NCBI GenBank assembly: GCA_964016885.1
Contig: OZ024741.1
Span: forward strand, 57,164,001 to 57,228,000
Origin: Eledone cirrhosa
Taxonomy: Eukaryota
Reading direction: 5' to 3'
DNA: 64,000 bases
In this document: positions 1 to 11,000 of the stretch, one piece after another
Layout of the letters: each line of letters starts with the position of its first letter
How positions within the stretch are numbered: the stretch's first letter is position 1
Made by a program: the position numbers and the translations under genes
Notes under the pieces: generated by a model
What the model was told of the DNA's origin: nothing
Databases searched by the model: none
Seen by the model: only the letters and a program-made list of their open reading frames with translations

Positions 1-188
1 TACTACTGCTAAGCTGGTTTTGTTTCTGTAGTAAAGTTTTCCTATTGTATACACGAATGTTATTTTCATTGTAAACGACTATTCTTCTTGTCTTTACATT
101 CAACAGAAAGATAGAGAGAGAAAGACGAGTAGATAGATGGACTGGTGGGAAAATAGATAAGTAAAAAGACAAAAAGTTGGAGAGGCGG

Positions 189-242
<54 letters not shown>

Positions 243-333
243 CGAAGGAAATGTGGTAAGGAACCAGGTGGACCATAACGCACCAAAGTACTCAATACTT
301 GAGGTAGTAGAGTGGGTAATAGGAACCAGTAAG

Positions 334-427
334 ACCCCGACAGCTGAGCTCAAGCCGTTTCGACGGCTAATTCTGGACTAAATGAAAATTTATCCTGGTA
401 TTTAAATAGCCGATCTTCTCAAGGGGT
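334..427 (-). ncRNA. Type I hammerhead ribozyme, U3-A8 core variant (mirror copy)
   Basis: Reverse complement of 4393-4486. Confidence 0.8.
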
Positions 428-2078
428 AATTCCATATATGGTCAAAGTGATTGTCAAAAATCAGTAGTAATTCTGTGCTTGCAAATTAGTAGGGGAGATG
501 GTGGCTAAACCTGCCAGTAGGAGAAAGAGGGGAGGGGGTGGAGTAGACCCAATCAAGCGTTGGTAGTGCCAGCTACAGCTGGGCATGAGGTCAAAGAAGA
601 TACAGGGGAGGGGAGGGGGAGTAATTCGGAACGGTAGGTAGAACAATGGGGGGTAGAAATAGGAAAGAAAAAATACTGAGAGTGAAGAAAAGCAAATAAG
701 TGTAAAGAAAAAAGTAAAGTAAATTAAATTCAACGACCTAGGTGTCAGGCTATTGTTAGGCGAGAATAAAATAAAGAAAGAAAGAAAGAAGTAAATAAAT
801 AAATAAATAAATAAATAAGGAAATAAGTAAGAGAACTAGGTGGGGCGGATAAGGCAAGGACCCTTTTAAGAGGTATAAGTACGTAAATGATACGGTGACG
901 GGTCAACAAAAGGGGCCAAAATACTAAAGAGACTACCACGAAATAAACAATAAAGGTTTCCATCCCGGGCCAGCAACGACCCAGTGCAGCAAAGTGAACT
1001 TGTACGAGATAATAATTCTGAGTCCCGAGAAAAATATATACTAATGCTAACTCTAAAAGATCTAAAACAAGCTACATGAAAGTTCGTACGAAATAAAGGT
1101 AGAATACGGAGAAATAAATTCAGAATCCACCCCGCCCAGAAGAAAAGCGAAGCAAGAAATACTGAAACGAAAAAATAAGGCATAAGTGCCACTAAGAAAT
1201 ATAGAGGGCACAGAGAATAGTGGGAGCGGTCGGAAAAAGGGGGAAAGTATCCGGGGTCTAAGCCAACTGCTATAAAGGGCGGAGACCGCCAAATCTATCA
1301 AAGACATGGGGAGGGGGGGGGGGGGTACTAAGGCTACATGGGGCCAAAGGGCAGCCTCGGGTGGGCGAGAAAAGACGCCGACAAAGGAGAAGAGCTGGGG
1401 TAGAAGGACAAAGGAGAGAGGGGGGAAGGAAATAAAGGAAGCGATAAAAGAATACAAAGAAGATCTTACGTCTTACTTGGCAAGCAGGGGTTACCCATTG
1501 CAAAATCGGCAACTGGGGTGTTATAGCCCTAGTCTACCCCCCCGGGTCATTATGGGGTTTGAGGGCGAGGTAAGTCCTACGCAATCTATGTTTACATGCA
1601 GTAACCAGTTCATCTTTCTTGTTTAGGAGTTGGTCCGTCGAAAACAGCATTTGTAAAGTTTCCTCCGAGCATAAATTGCACGGACGGCGTCCTCCCGTGT
1701 AAGAATTGGCTCTGGACAGTAATCTCCAAGTGAGATCATAGGTGATGTTGTTGTCCTTGAGGTCCCATATGTGGCCCGAAAGTGTAGTGGCGTGACGCCG
1801 GGCCGGGTTTCGGAAGGTATGTCTATGTTGGTATAGCCGGGTCTTGAAGTCACATGCGGTAAGTCCTATATAGGCTTTGTTGGAGGTATCCGTCCTCACG
1901 TTGCACTGGTAGATCACATTACGGTCTCTGCATCTATTGTCGAGTGGGCAAATAGATCTATCCGGGCAGTTACACCTCCTGGTCGGTTCTCCACTGCTAA
2001 TTAGGTTATTTCTGCCATCGGGGTTGAGTTTTTTGTTGTTAGAGGAGACGATGTTTTGTGCGAAGTTTGGTGTAGTGC

Positions 2079-3287
2079 ATGGGCGCCACGGATTCGGCGG
2101 AGGTCACTGATCTTATAGGATTATTCCTAATAGCCAAACTCACTGATATGTTTCCTGCATTCGGTGGTGGATTGTACCGTGATGATGGGCTCCTTACCCT
2201 TAAAGGGTACAACCCCAGTAGTACAGATCGGGTCCGGAAACAATTAATCAGATTCTTCCGCGACTGGGGATTTAAAATAACCCTACAAACGTCCCTGACC
2301 CGAGTAAACTTCCTGGACGTAACCCTCGACCTCGAAAACGACCTGTACTACCCATACAGGAAACCTAATGACAATCTGCACTACATCCACCGCCGATCAA
2401 ACCATCCTAGGAACATCACAAACAACCTGGTCAAAAACATCTCCCTCCGCATATCCCGTTTGTCAGCTAATGAGCGGATATTCGATGAACATGCGCCTTA
2501 TTACAATCAGGCCCTCAAGCGGAGTGGTTTCCGGGAGGAAATATCCTACTGTCCAGCTCCCATTAGCGGAACCAGCAGGAGACACTGCCGCTCACGCAAT
2601 GTAACATGGTTCAATCCTCCCCACAACGCAGAGGTGACTACTCCCATCGGGAAACTATTCTTTAGGCTCATTGAAAAACACTTCCCATTACAACACCGCT
2701 ACCACAACATAATTAACAAAAATACCATCAAACTCTCTTACAGCACTACACCAAACTTCGCACAAAACATCGTCTCCTCTAACAACAAAAAACTCAACCC
2801 CGATGGCAGAAATAACCTAATTAGCAGTGGAGAACCGACCAGGAGGTGTAACTGCCCGGATAGATCTATTTGCCCACTCGACAATAGATGCAGAGACCGT
2901 AATGTGATCTACCAGTGCAACGTGAGGACGGATACCTCCAACAAAGCCTATATAGGACTTACCGCATGTGACTTCAAGACCCGGCTATACCAACATAGAC
3001 ATACCTTCCGAAACCCGGCCCGGCGTCACGCCACTACACTTTCGGGCCACATATGGGACCTCAAGGACAACAACATCACCTATGATCTCACTTGGAGATT
3101 ACTGTCCAGAGCCAATTCTTACACGGGAGGACGCCGTCCGTGCAATTTATGCTCGGAGGAAACTTTACAAATGCTGTTTTCGACGGACCAACTCCTAAAC
3201 AAGAAAGATGAACTGGTTACTGCATGTAAACATAGATTGCGTAGGACTTACCTCGCCCTCAAACCCCATAATGACCCGGGGGGGTAG
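2079..3287 (+). CDS. PLE1 5'-truncated polyprotein: C-terminal half of RT, Cys linker, GIY-YIG endonuclease (probably Nematis-like clade)
   Basis: MGATDSAEVTDLIG (motif B'), YRDDGL, FLDVTL, PYRKP, CNC...CPL...C, VIY...YIG, RLYQH...H, CNLC..E, LN; clade assignment is recollection, not a tree. Confidence 0.9.
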   Translation: MGATDSAEVTDLIGLFLIAKLTDMFPAFGGGLYRDDGLLTLKGYNPSSTDRVRKQLIRFFRDWGFKITLQTSLTRVNFLDVTLDLENDLYYPYRKPNDNLHYIHRRSNHPRNITNNLVKNISLRISRLSANERIFDEHAPYYNQALKRSGFREEISYCPAPISGTSRRHCRSRNVTWFNPPHNAEVTTPIGKLFFRLIEKHFPLQHRYHNIINKNTIKLSYSTTPNFAQNIVSSNNKKLNPDGRNNLISSGEPTRRCNCPDRSICPLDNRCRDRNVIYQCNVRTDTSNKAYIGLTACDFKTRLYQHRHTFRNPARRHATTLSGHIWDLKDNNITYDLTWRLLSRANSYTGGRRPCNLCSEETLQMLFSTDQLLNKKDELVTACKHRLRRTYLALKPHNDPGG

Positions 3288-4392
3288 ACTAGGGCTATAA
3301 CACCCCAGTTGCCGATTTTGCAATGGGTAACCCCTGCTTGCCAAGTAAGACGTAAGATCTTCTTTGTATTCTTTTATCGCTTCCTTTATTTCCTTCCCCC
3401 CTCTCTCCTTTGTCCTTCTACCCCAGCTCTTCTCCTTTGTCGGCGTCTTTTCTCGCCCACCCGAGGCTGCCCTTTGGCCCCATGTAGCCTTAGTACCCCC
3501 CCCCCCTCCCCATGTCTTTGATAGATTTGGCGGTCTCCGCCCTTTATAGCAGTTGGCTTAGACCCCGGATACTTTCCCCCTTTTTCCGACCGCTCCCACT
3601 ATTCTCTGTGCCCTCTATATTTCTTAGTGGCACTTATGCCTTATTTTTTCGTTTCAGTATTTCTTGCTTCGCTTTTCTTCTGGGCGGGGTGGATTCTGAA
3701 TTTATTTCTCCGTATTCTACCTTTATTTCGTACGAACTTTCATGTAGCTTGTTTTAGATCTTTTAGAGTTAGCATTAGTATATATTTTTCTCGGGACTCA
3801 GAATTATTATCTCGTACAAGTTCACTTTGCTGCACTGGGTCGTTGCTGGCCCGGGATGGAAACCTTTATTGTTTATTTCGTGGTAGTCTCTTTAGTATTT
3901 TGGCCCCTTTTGTTGACCCGTCACCGTATCATTTACGTACTTATACCTCTTAAAAGGGTCCTTGCCTTATCCGCCCCACCTAGTTCTCTTACTTATTTCC
4001 TTATTTATTTATTTATTTATTTATTTACTTCTTTCTTTCTTTCTTTATTTTATTCTCGCCTAACAATAGCCTGACACCTAGGTCGTTGAATTTAATTTAC
4101 TTTACTTTTTTCTTTACACTTATTTGCTTTTCTTCACTCTCAGTATTTTTTCTTTCCTATTTCTACCCCCCATTGTTCTACCTACCGTTCCGACTTACTC
4201 CCCCTCCCCCTCCCCTGTATCTTCTTTGACCTCATGCCCAGCTGTAGCTGGCACTACCAACGCTTGATTGGGTCTACTCCACCCCCTCCCCTCTTTCTCC
4301 TACTGGCAGGTTTAGCCACCATCTCCCCTACTAATTTGCAAGCACAGAATTACTACTGATTTTTGACAATCACTTTGACCATATATGGAATT

Positions 4393-4486
4393 ACCCCTTG
4401 AGAAGATCGGCTATTTAAATACCAGGATAAATTTTCATTTAGTCCAGAATTAGCCGTCGAAACGGCTTGAGCTCAGCTGTCGGGGT
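4393..4486 (+). ncRNA. Type I hammerhead ribozyme, U3-A8 core variant
   Basis: ACCCC-TTGAGAA-GATCGGCTA..TAGCCGTC-GAAA-CGGCT[tgagctc]AGCTG-TC^GGGGT; all three stems pair; predicted cut after 4481. Confidence 0.8.
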
Positions 4487-4498
4487 CTTACTGGTTCC

Positions 4499-4513
4499 TA
4501 TATATATATATAT

Positions 4514-4595
<82 letters not shown>

Positions 4596-4626
4596 ATATA
4601 TATACACATATACATATATATATATA
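4499..4626. repeat. Compound (TA)n/(TG)n microsatellite; representative of many such tracts (e.g. 4827-4910, 11003-11069, 23095-23160, 27452-27536, 32542-32636, 33003-33085, 62070-62150)
   Basis: Direct inspection. Confidence 0.98.
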
Positions 4627-4824
4627 GGAAAATATTCAAGACCCCGACAGCAGAGCTCAAGCCGTTTCGACGGCTATTTCTGGACAGTCCAGAAACAGCC
4701 GTCGAAACGGCTTCAGCTCTGCCGTCGGGTTCTTGAATATTTTCCTATTACCCACTCTACTACCCCAAGTATTGAGTACTCTGGTGCGTTATGGTCCATC
4801 TGGTTCTTTACCACACTTCCTTCG

Positions 4825-4826
<2 letters not shown>
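4625..4826 (+). mobile_element. Non-coding mini-PLE hairpin of the PLE1 family (arms 4625-4685/4687-4747, tail 4748-4826)
   Basis: Near-perfect palindrome holding the 3' half of the PLE1 hammerhead; tail matches the reverse complement of 241-319; (TA)n on both sides. Confidence 0.88.
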
Positions 4827-4910
<84 letters not shown>

Positions 4911-5126
4911 AAATCTTCAATTATTTTGTTTGACCTGTTTGGCTTGCCTCGTCTTTTTTGGCTTAGGTGGTTGATGGCTTTTTGACCGCCATCTCAGTTT
5001 GTTTGGCCTTTATAACCTATGTTTATTGCTCTGCTCTTTATTTGGTCCATGGAGCGCTTGCCAGCATAACTCGGATATTGCGTTTCGCTTTGTTTTCGAA
5101 ATTCGATCTCGCTGAAATTATATTTG

Positions 5127-5162
<36 letters not shown>

Positions 5163-5218
5163 TATATTTCTGAATTTGTTTAGCAAGATTCTTTATCTGA
5201 AAACGTGTGTTGAAACCG

Positions 5219-5596
5219 ATATTGTTATACTTTGGGAGGGTCATGTTGCCAATAAGAAACACAAGCACCAGTTGCTTTCACTTCAATTTATTATAATAAA
5301 TTTATAAATTTGGGAATTTATAAATTTCCGGTTGGTTGGTTGGTTCCACAACCTGACGATTGTTCATATATTGTCAAAGTTCTTTCGTCACACATTCTGT
5401 GACCTCTTCAGTGACTGGGATTCTTTTCTTTGTTTTTGTGCCTCTCCTTTGTTCTGTCCTACGCCATCTTGTTTGTGACACACACGGAAATTTATAAATT
5501 CCTAAATTTATAAATTTATTATAATAAATTGAAGTGAAAGCAACTGGTGCGTGTGTTTCTTATTGGCAACATGACCCTCCCAAAGTATAACAATAT
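5219..5596. mobile_element. Mini-PLE palindrome (arms 5219-5330/5485-5596) with a hammerhead in the spacer
   Basis: 112-bp inverted repeat; spacer is the reverse complement of a sequence similar to 18810-18940; right end abuts (TA)n. Confidence 0.85.
5373..5415 (-). ncRNA. Minimal type I hammerhead motif
   Basis: GTCA-CTGAAGA-g GTCACA gaatg TGTGAC-GAAA-gaac-TT^TGAC. Confidence 0.7.
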
Positions 5597-5723
5597 ATAT
5601 ATATATATATATATAGTAATAATAATAAAATTGAAGACTAAAATCCAGAGAGGGCTCGATAAGGAAAATATATATCAAATATATAAGAACCGAAGAGCAA
5701 ATATTTATTAAATAACAGATTAA

Positions 5724-5774
5724 AGTTTAAGCAAAGAATCGCTGCTTTCACCCTTAACGGGATCTTCTGAAACT
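5724..5774 (-). ncRNA. Hammerhead motif, CAGAAGA core (mirror copy)
   Basis: Reverse complement of 9139-9189. Confidence 0.62.
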
Positions 5775-6974
5775 AACAAAGTCAATCTGTAAACGCAGAA
5801 CTGGATATTTCAAAAAACGTTGCAACCGGAGGAAGACAGGAAGACGATACTTTGGTTCATGGTGACGTTCGCTGGCAAAGAACGGGAAAAAACGAATAAT
5901 ACGTCATTAATAGAAGCGGTGAAAAACAATTACGTGCAAGGACAGAACCACGTTTATGGTATAAAAGAGGTCGTAGACTAATGTTCTCTAAGTGGTGCAT
6001 AGAGACGTTCTCTGGCAATGAACGAAAAAACGAAGATAATAAGTCATATGTGGAGCGTGGAGAACAATAGCGTGCAAAGACAAAACCACGTAAATGGTAT
6101 AGCAGAAGTCGTAGACTAAAATTCTAACTAGGAGACCGAATGAATCTCCGCTACAGAGTTAAGAACAAAGCAAATAAATACAATACAGAAGTAATAGGAA
6201 CAAATAAATACATACACGCAAACAGATACGTACATACACAAGCATACGCATAACCTTACCATAGGTATACAAAACCACGCACATATAAATATGTGTATGT
6301 GTGTATGCTTGTGTACAAATAAATAAATAATTATATAAACGTATATAAGTAAATAAATACGTATATAACAAGCGCACACACATACCTACAAATAAATACA
6401 TGAAGGTTCGGAGACGTAAATCAACTAAAACAAGAAGTACACATATACACACACCCACACACCCTGCATACTCACGCAGACGCAAAACTCCCATATACAC
6501 ATAACCAAGCCCTAAATACCAGAATATGTAAAAATTATACGCCAAAACAGTCAAATATACGTACGAGAAGGTATATATACCTTCACAAAACATACGGGTA
6601 ATATATACTTACCTATGCAAAAAGTAAAGGAATAAACAAAACATATACTTAGCTCCCACATCAAGACGTAAATATCCACGTATAGATCGTGCTATCCGTT
6701 AGGGTATAACGTAGGGCTGTAATACAGGAAAGGTTTGTGCAATTTATGTTTACAAGCCGAAATTGCCTGAGATTTTTTGTTTAAGATGTGGTCTGTGGCG
6801 TAGAGTATTTCCAGGGCCTCAGCGGCGCAGAGGTCACATGGTCTTTTATTTCCGTTATATGATCTAGCCCTAGCTAGGATCTCCCAGTGTAACTTATATT
6901 GGGTGTGGTTGTCTTTTAGACTCCAGATATAAGCTGAAAGTGACGTCATATTCCTTCTTAGAGGGTAACGATTC

Positions 6975-8213
6975 TTGATAGAATTATACCTGAAATCCAA
7001 TAGTACCCCATTCGACGTGAGTATGGGCGCCAGTGACTCTGCGGAGGTTACCGATCTTATTGGCCTTTTCCTTCTTTTCTCTATCAAGGACGAATTCCCC
7101 AACGCGGGCGGTGGTTTGTACCGTGACGATGGCCTTTTGACCATGACTAAGTGCGGACCTCGTGCTTGCGACAGATTCAGAAAAGAACTCACAGCCTTCT
7201 TTAAAGGCTTCAACCTCTCTATACAGGTTGAGGCCAATCTCTCGGTCGTTAATTACCTCGACGTTACCCTCAATTTATTGAATGGGTTGCATTACCCGTA
7301 TAGAAAGCCGAATGATACGCTTAATTACATAAGTAAGCATTCCAACCATCCTGCCAGCATAACCAAGAACCTGGTAAAAAACGTTTCGTTGAGGCTTTCC
7401 CGTCTTTCCACCAACGAGCGCATTTTCAACGACCATTCCACTTATTACAATGAAGCTCTTGCTCGAAGTGGATTTGTCGATAAGGTAGCATATACAGAGT
7501 ACGAGAATAGACCTAGAAGAAATAGATCCCGTCGCATTTGTTGGTTTAACCCACCATATAATATGGAGGTGGCCACACCTTTAGCTAAGATCTTTCTTTC
7601 CCTTATTACGAAGCATTTTCCCCCTACACATAAATATAGTAAAATTTTTAATAGAAACACTATTAAAATTTCTTACTCAACGACTCCTAACCTTGCACAT
7701 AACATCACAGCTTCAAATTTAGCTATAATACCTAGCCGTAGGAACACGTGCAACCCTGTAGTTAGTACTAACTGTAATTGTAGGAATCGGGCTGATTGTC
7801 CCCTATCCGGGAAATGCCTCTCTAGTAACATTGTCTACAAATGTAAGGTTGTAACACCCACGTCCCGTAGGGCCTACAAAGGGTTAACCGCCAATAGTTT
7901 CAAGCAGCGTCTTTACATGCATACCCATTCTTTTCGTTACCCTCTAAGAAGGAATATGACGTCACTTTCAGCTTATATCTGGAGTCTAAAAGACAACCAC
8001 ACCCAATATAAGATACACTGGGAGATCCTAGCTAGGGCTAGATCGTATAACGGAAATAAAAGACCATGTGACCTCTGCGCCGCTGAGGCCCTGGAAATAC
8101 TCTACGCCACAGACCACATCTTAAACAAAAAATCTGAGGCAATTTCGGCTTGTAAACATAAATTGCACAAAACTTTCCTGTATTGCAGCCCTACGTTATA
8201 CCCTAACGGATAG
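6975..8213 (+). CDS. PLE2 5'-truncated polyprotein: RT C-half + GIY-YIG endonuclease
   Basis: FDVSMGASDSAEVTDLIG, YRDDGL, YLDVTL, CNCRNRADCPLSGKC, IVY...YKG, CDLC..E; homologous to the PLE1 ORF. Confidence 0.9.
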   Translation: MIELYLKSNSTPFDVSMGASDSAEVTDLIGLFLLFSIKDEFPNAGGGLYRDDGLLTMTKCGPRACDRFRKELTAFFKGFNLSIQVEANLSVVNYLDVTLNLLNGLHYPYRKPNDTLNYISKHSNHPASITKNLVKNVSLRLSRLSTNERIFNDHSTYYNEALARSGFVDKVAYTEYENRPRRNRSRRICWFNPPYNMEVATPLAKIFLSLITKHFPPTHKYSKIFNRNTIKISYSTTPNLAHNITASNLAIIPSRRNTCNPVVSTNCNCRNRADCPLSGKCLSSNIVYKCKVVTPTSRRAYKGLTANSFKQRLYMHTHSFRYPLRRNMTSLSAYIWSLKDNHTQYKIHWEILARARSYNGNKRPCDLCAAEALEILYATDHILNKKSEAISACKHKLHKTFLYCSPTLYPNG

Positions 8214-9138
8214 CACGATCTATACGTGGATATTTACGTCTTGATGTGGGAGCTAAGTATATGTTTTGTTTATTCCTTTACTTTTTGCATAGGTATGTAT
8301 ATATTACCCGTATGTTTTGTGAAGGTATGTATACCTTCTCGTACGTATATTTGACTGTTTTGGCGTATAATTTTTACATATTCTGGTATTTAGGGCTTGG
8401 TTATGTGTATATGGGAGTTTTGCGTCTGCGTGAGTATGCAGGTTCGTACGTATGGTGGGTGTGTGTATATGTGTACTTCTTGTTTTAGTTGATTTACGTC
8501 TCCGAACCTTCATGTATTTATTTGTAGGTATGTGTGTGCGCTTGTTATATACGTATTTATTTACTTATATACGTTTATATAATTATTTATTTATTTGTAC
8601 ACAAGCATACATACATACACATATTTATATGTGCGTGGTTTTGTATACCTATGGTAAGGTTATGCGTATGCTTGTGTATGTACGTATCTGTTTGCGTGTA
8701 TGTATTTATTTGTTCCTATTACTTCTGTATTGTATTTATTTGCTTTGTTCTTAACTCTGTAGCGGAGATTCATTCGGTCTCCTAGTTAGAATTTTAGTCT
8801 ACGACTTCTGCTATACCATTTACGTGGTTTTGTCTTTGCACGCTATTGTTCTCCACGCTCCACATATGACTTATTATCTTCGTTTTTTCGTTCATTGCCA
8901 GAGAACGTCTCTATGCACCACTTAGAGAACATTAGTCTACGACCTCTTTTATACCATAAACGTGGTTCTGTCCTTGCACGTAATTGTTTTTCACCGCTCC
9001 TATTAATGACGTATTATTCGTTTTTTCCCGTTCTTTGCCAGCGAACGTCACCATGAACCAAAGTATCGTCTTCCTGTCTTCCTCCGGTTGCAACGTTTTT
9101 TGAAATATCCAGTTCTGCGTTTACAGATTGACTTTGTT

Positions 9139-9189
9139 AGTTTCAGAAGATCCCGTTAAGGGTGAAAGCAGCGATTGTTTGCTTAAACT
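9139..9189 (+). ncRNA. Type I hammerhead motif, CAGAAGA (U4A) core
   Basis: AGTTT-CAGAAGA-tCCC gttaa GGGt-GAAA-GCA..TGC-TT^AAACT; stem I extendable by 9123-9131/9190-9198. Confidence 0.62.
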
Positions 9190-9198
9190 TTAATCTGT

Positions 9199-10523
9199 AT
9201 GTGAAAGTAAGAGTTGGGGGAAGAACGGGGTTGCATGTTCAGGAAGAGGTGTGTGTGGGGTGGGGTGTAGGTCGGAGTGTGTGTGCGTGTGTGGATGGGG
9301 AGGGGTCAGAGGGGTGGGGGGAGATGATTCCGGAGGCTGAGTGTGTAAATATGTGGTGGTACGCACGTGTGTGTGTGGTGTTTATGCGTGTTGTGGATGT
9401 AGGTGGCGTGTGGGAAAAAAAATGTTTTGAGTGTATGTCAGTGAGTGAGTCATTAAGGTAGTTCCGTAGACGATGTGGTGGAATGCTGGGTAATATCCTT
9501 GGGATGTGGTAGATTCTAGGGTTCGATGTTCACATATGTGTAATCCGTGAAGAGATTGGTCGGAAGAGGGGAGTTGTGGGGGTGCGCGCGCAACAGGAAG
9601 TGGTCAGAGGGTCGAGGCAGGAGGAGGGTTGTGTGTCTGTGTGTGCGGGGAGATGGTCAGAGATAAGGGCATAGCAGCAGTCGAGTAGAATGGTAAGTGA
9701 AGAAAGTCGGTGTGTCAGTGTGTGCGGAGGTGCGGTGGACAGGGGAGAGGATGGGTAGGTGTGAAAGTTGGAGTGAGGGGGGGGGTTATTAGTAGAGGTG
9801 TTAGTGGGATGTGTGAGAAAGGGTGTGGGTGGAGCGGGGAGAGAAGGGTGTGGGGGTCGGTGGAGGGAGTGTAGTGTACTGTTGTGTGCGTGTTTGGATG
9901 AGTGTGTATGTGGTGAAGGGGGTGTTAGTGGCTGTTAGTATACTGGAGGTGGGGAAAGGGTTGAATGCGGGTGTGAGTGGGGGTCAGTGGTGGTAGGGTG
10001 TGTAGAGTAGGTGGTGTAAGAGGGTGTGTGTAGGGTTGGGGGTGTTAGTGATGTTAGTTGCGTGTAGAGTGGGTGGTGTAAGTGGGTGTGTGTGTTCGTG
10101 TGCTTGGGTTCGGGGGGTGTTAGTGATGTTAGTTGCGGGGTAGTGGGGTGGATGTGTGGGGGTGAGGGTTAGTGGTGGTAGTAGGGTGTGTGTTTAGTGT
10201 GAGTGCGTGTATATATGTACCGGTGGGTGTGTGCGTGTGATAAGGAGAGGGGGGGGAGAAGAAGAGAGGGATGTTAGTATGTTAATTGGGGAAGGGTGGT
10301 CGGGTGTGGGGTGGAGGTGTTAGTATTGTTAGTTGTGGGGTGGGCGGTGAAAGGGAGGGGTGTGTTAATGGTGTTAGTGGGGGATATGTGTGGGGGGAGG
10401 TCGAAGGCTAAAGGAATAAGGGTGGGGAGTTCAGGCCGGGGGGAGTGTGGGTCTGTAGGGTGAAGATGGTTCGTTGTTCGACCCTGAGGAGAGTGGCGGG
10501 TGTTCCGTGGCATTGAAGTAGGC

Positions 10524-10526
<3 letters not shown>
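9199..10526 (+). repeat. G/T-rich strand-asymmetric low-complexity tract
   Basis: Very few C on + strand; recurrent GTGTTAGTG/GGGGGTG words. Confidence 0.85.
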
Positions 10527-10557
<31 letters not shown>

Positions 10558-10564
<7 letters not shown>

Positions 10565-11000
10565 AAATAAATAAGTCAAATATTTAAAATTTGGCTTCGT
10601 TTATTAAAGGTGTACTGCTATATATATTTCGGTGACAGCCATCTTTGGCTGTGACCTCTTCGGGCAGTCCGAATTGGTGTGGTAGAGACGGGTACACATG
10701 TTGTTGAGGTGTTTAATTCCGTCAATACTCCGATATGTCCAGTTCCTGGTTGGGTTGTTATTTCTCTGAGGAACTAGAATCTCTACCACACCAATTTGGA
10801 CTGCCTGAAGAGGTCACAGCCGAAGATGGCTGTCACCGAAATATATATAGCAGTACACCCTTAATAAACGAAGCCAAATTTTAAATATTTGACTTATTTA
10901 TTTTATTTTACATTACTCCGGAGTAACCGAACCAACCTGCGCACTTCGTCGAGTGCTCCAATCTGCATATTGAGGTGTCGGTAAACAACCAACATATACT

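Larger units (their letters stand above)
241..4500. mobile_element. Penelope-like element PLE1; 5'-truncated head-to-head palindrome (arms 320-2078 and 2743-4500, extra tail 241-319) inserted in (TA)n
   Basis: Arms are almost perfect reverse complements (mirror ORFs 1534-1917(-) vs the end of 2079-3287(+)); flanked by (TA)n at 191-240 and 4499-4512; encodes RT + GIY-YIG. Confidence 0.95.
5616..9198. mobile_element. Penelope-like element PLE2; head-to-head palindrome (arms 5715-6971 and 7934-9198, tail 5616-5714)
   Basis: ~1.26-kb inverted repeat with scattered substitutions and a short indel; RT + GIY-YIG ORF; 138-bp tandem duplication in the UTR (8795-9049). Confidence 0.93.

Noticed and set aside
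1534-1917. Apparent stand-alone GIY-YIG gene (and chimeric ORF 6692-7237)
   Set aside because: Mirror arm of the truncated PLE; the 6692 ORF fuses antisense RT sequence to the endonuclease end at the inversion junction
3309-4074. Hydrophobic ORFs downstream of the PLE1 ORF (and their mirrors at 461-1512)
   Set aside because: T-rich 3' UTR; no recognisable motifs
4439-5268. ORFs with [12 protein letters not shown] repeats (also 6128-6593, 23589-24706, 32919-33107 and others)
   Set aside because: Translations of (TA)n/(TG)n/(CA)n microsatellites, not genes
320-9198. Long inverted repeats as DNA-transposon TIRs
   Set aside because: Arms are asymmetric copies of PLE 3' regions including coding sequence; no DDE transposase
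9199-10526. Interstitial telomeric array
   Set aside because: No tandem TTAGGG/TTAGG runs; only scattered TTAG words
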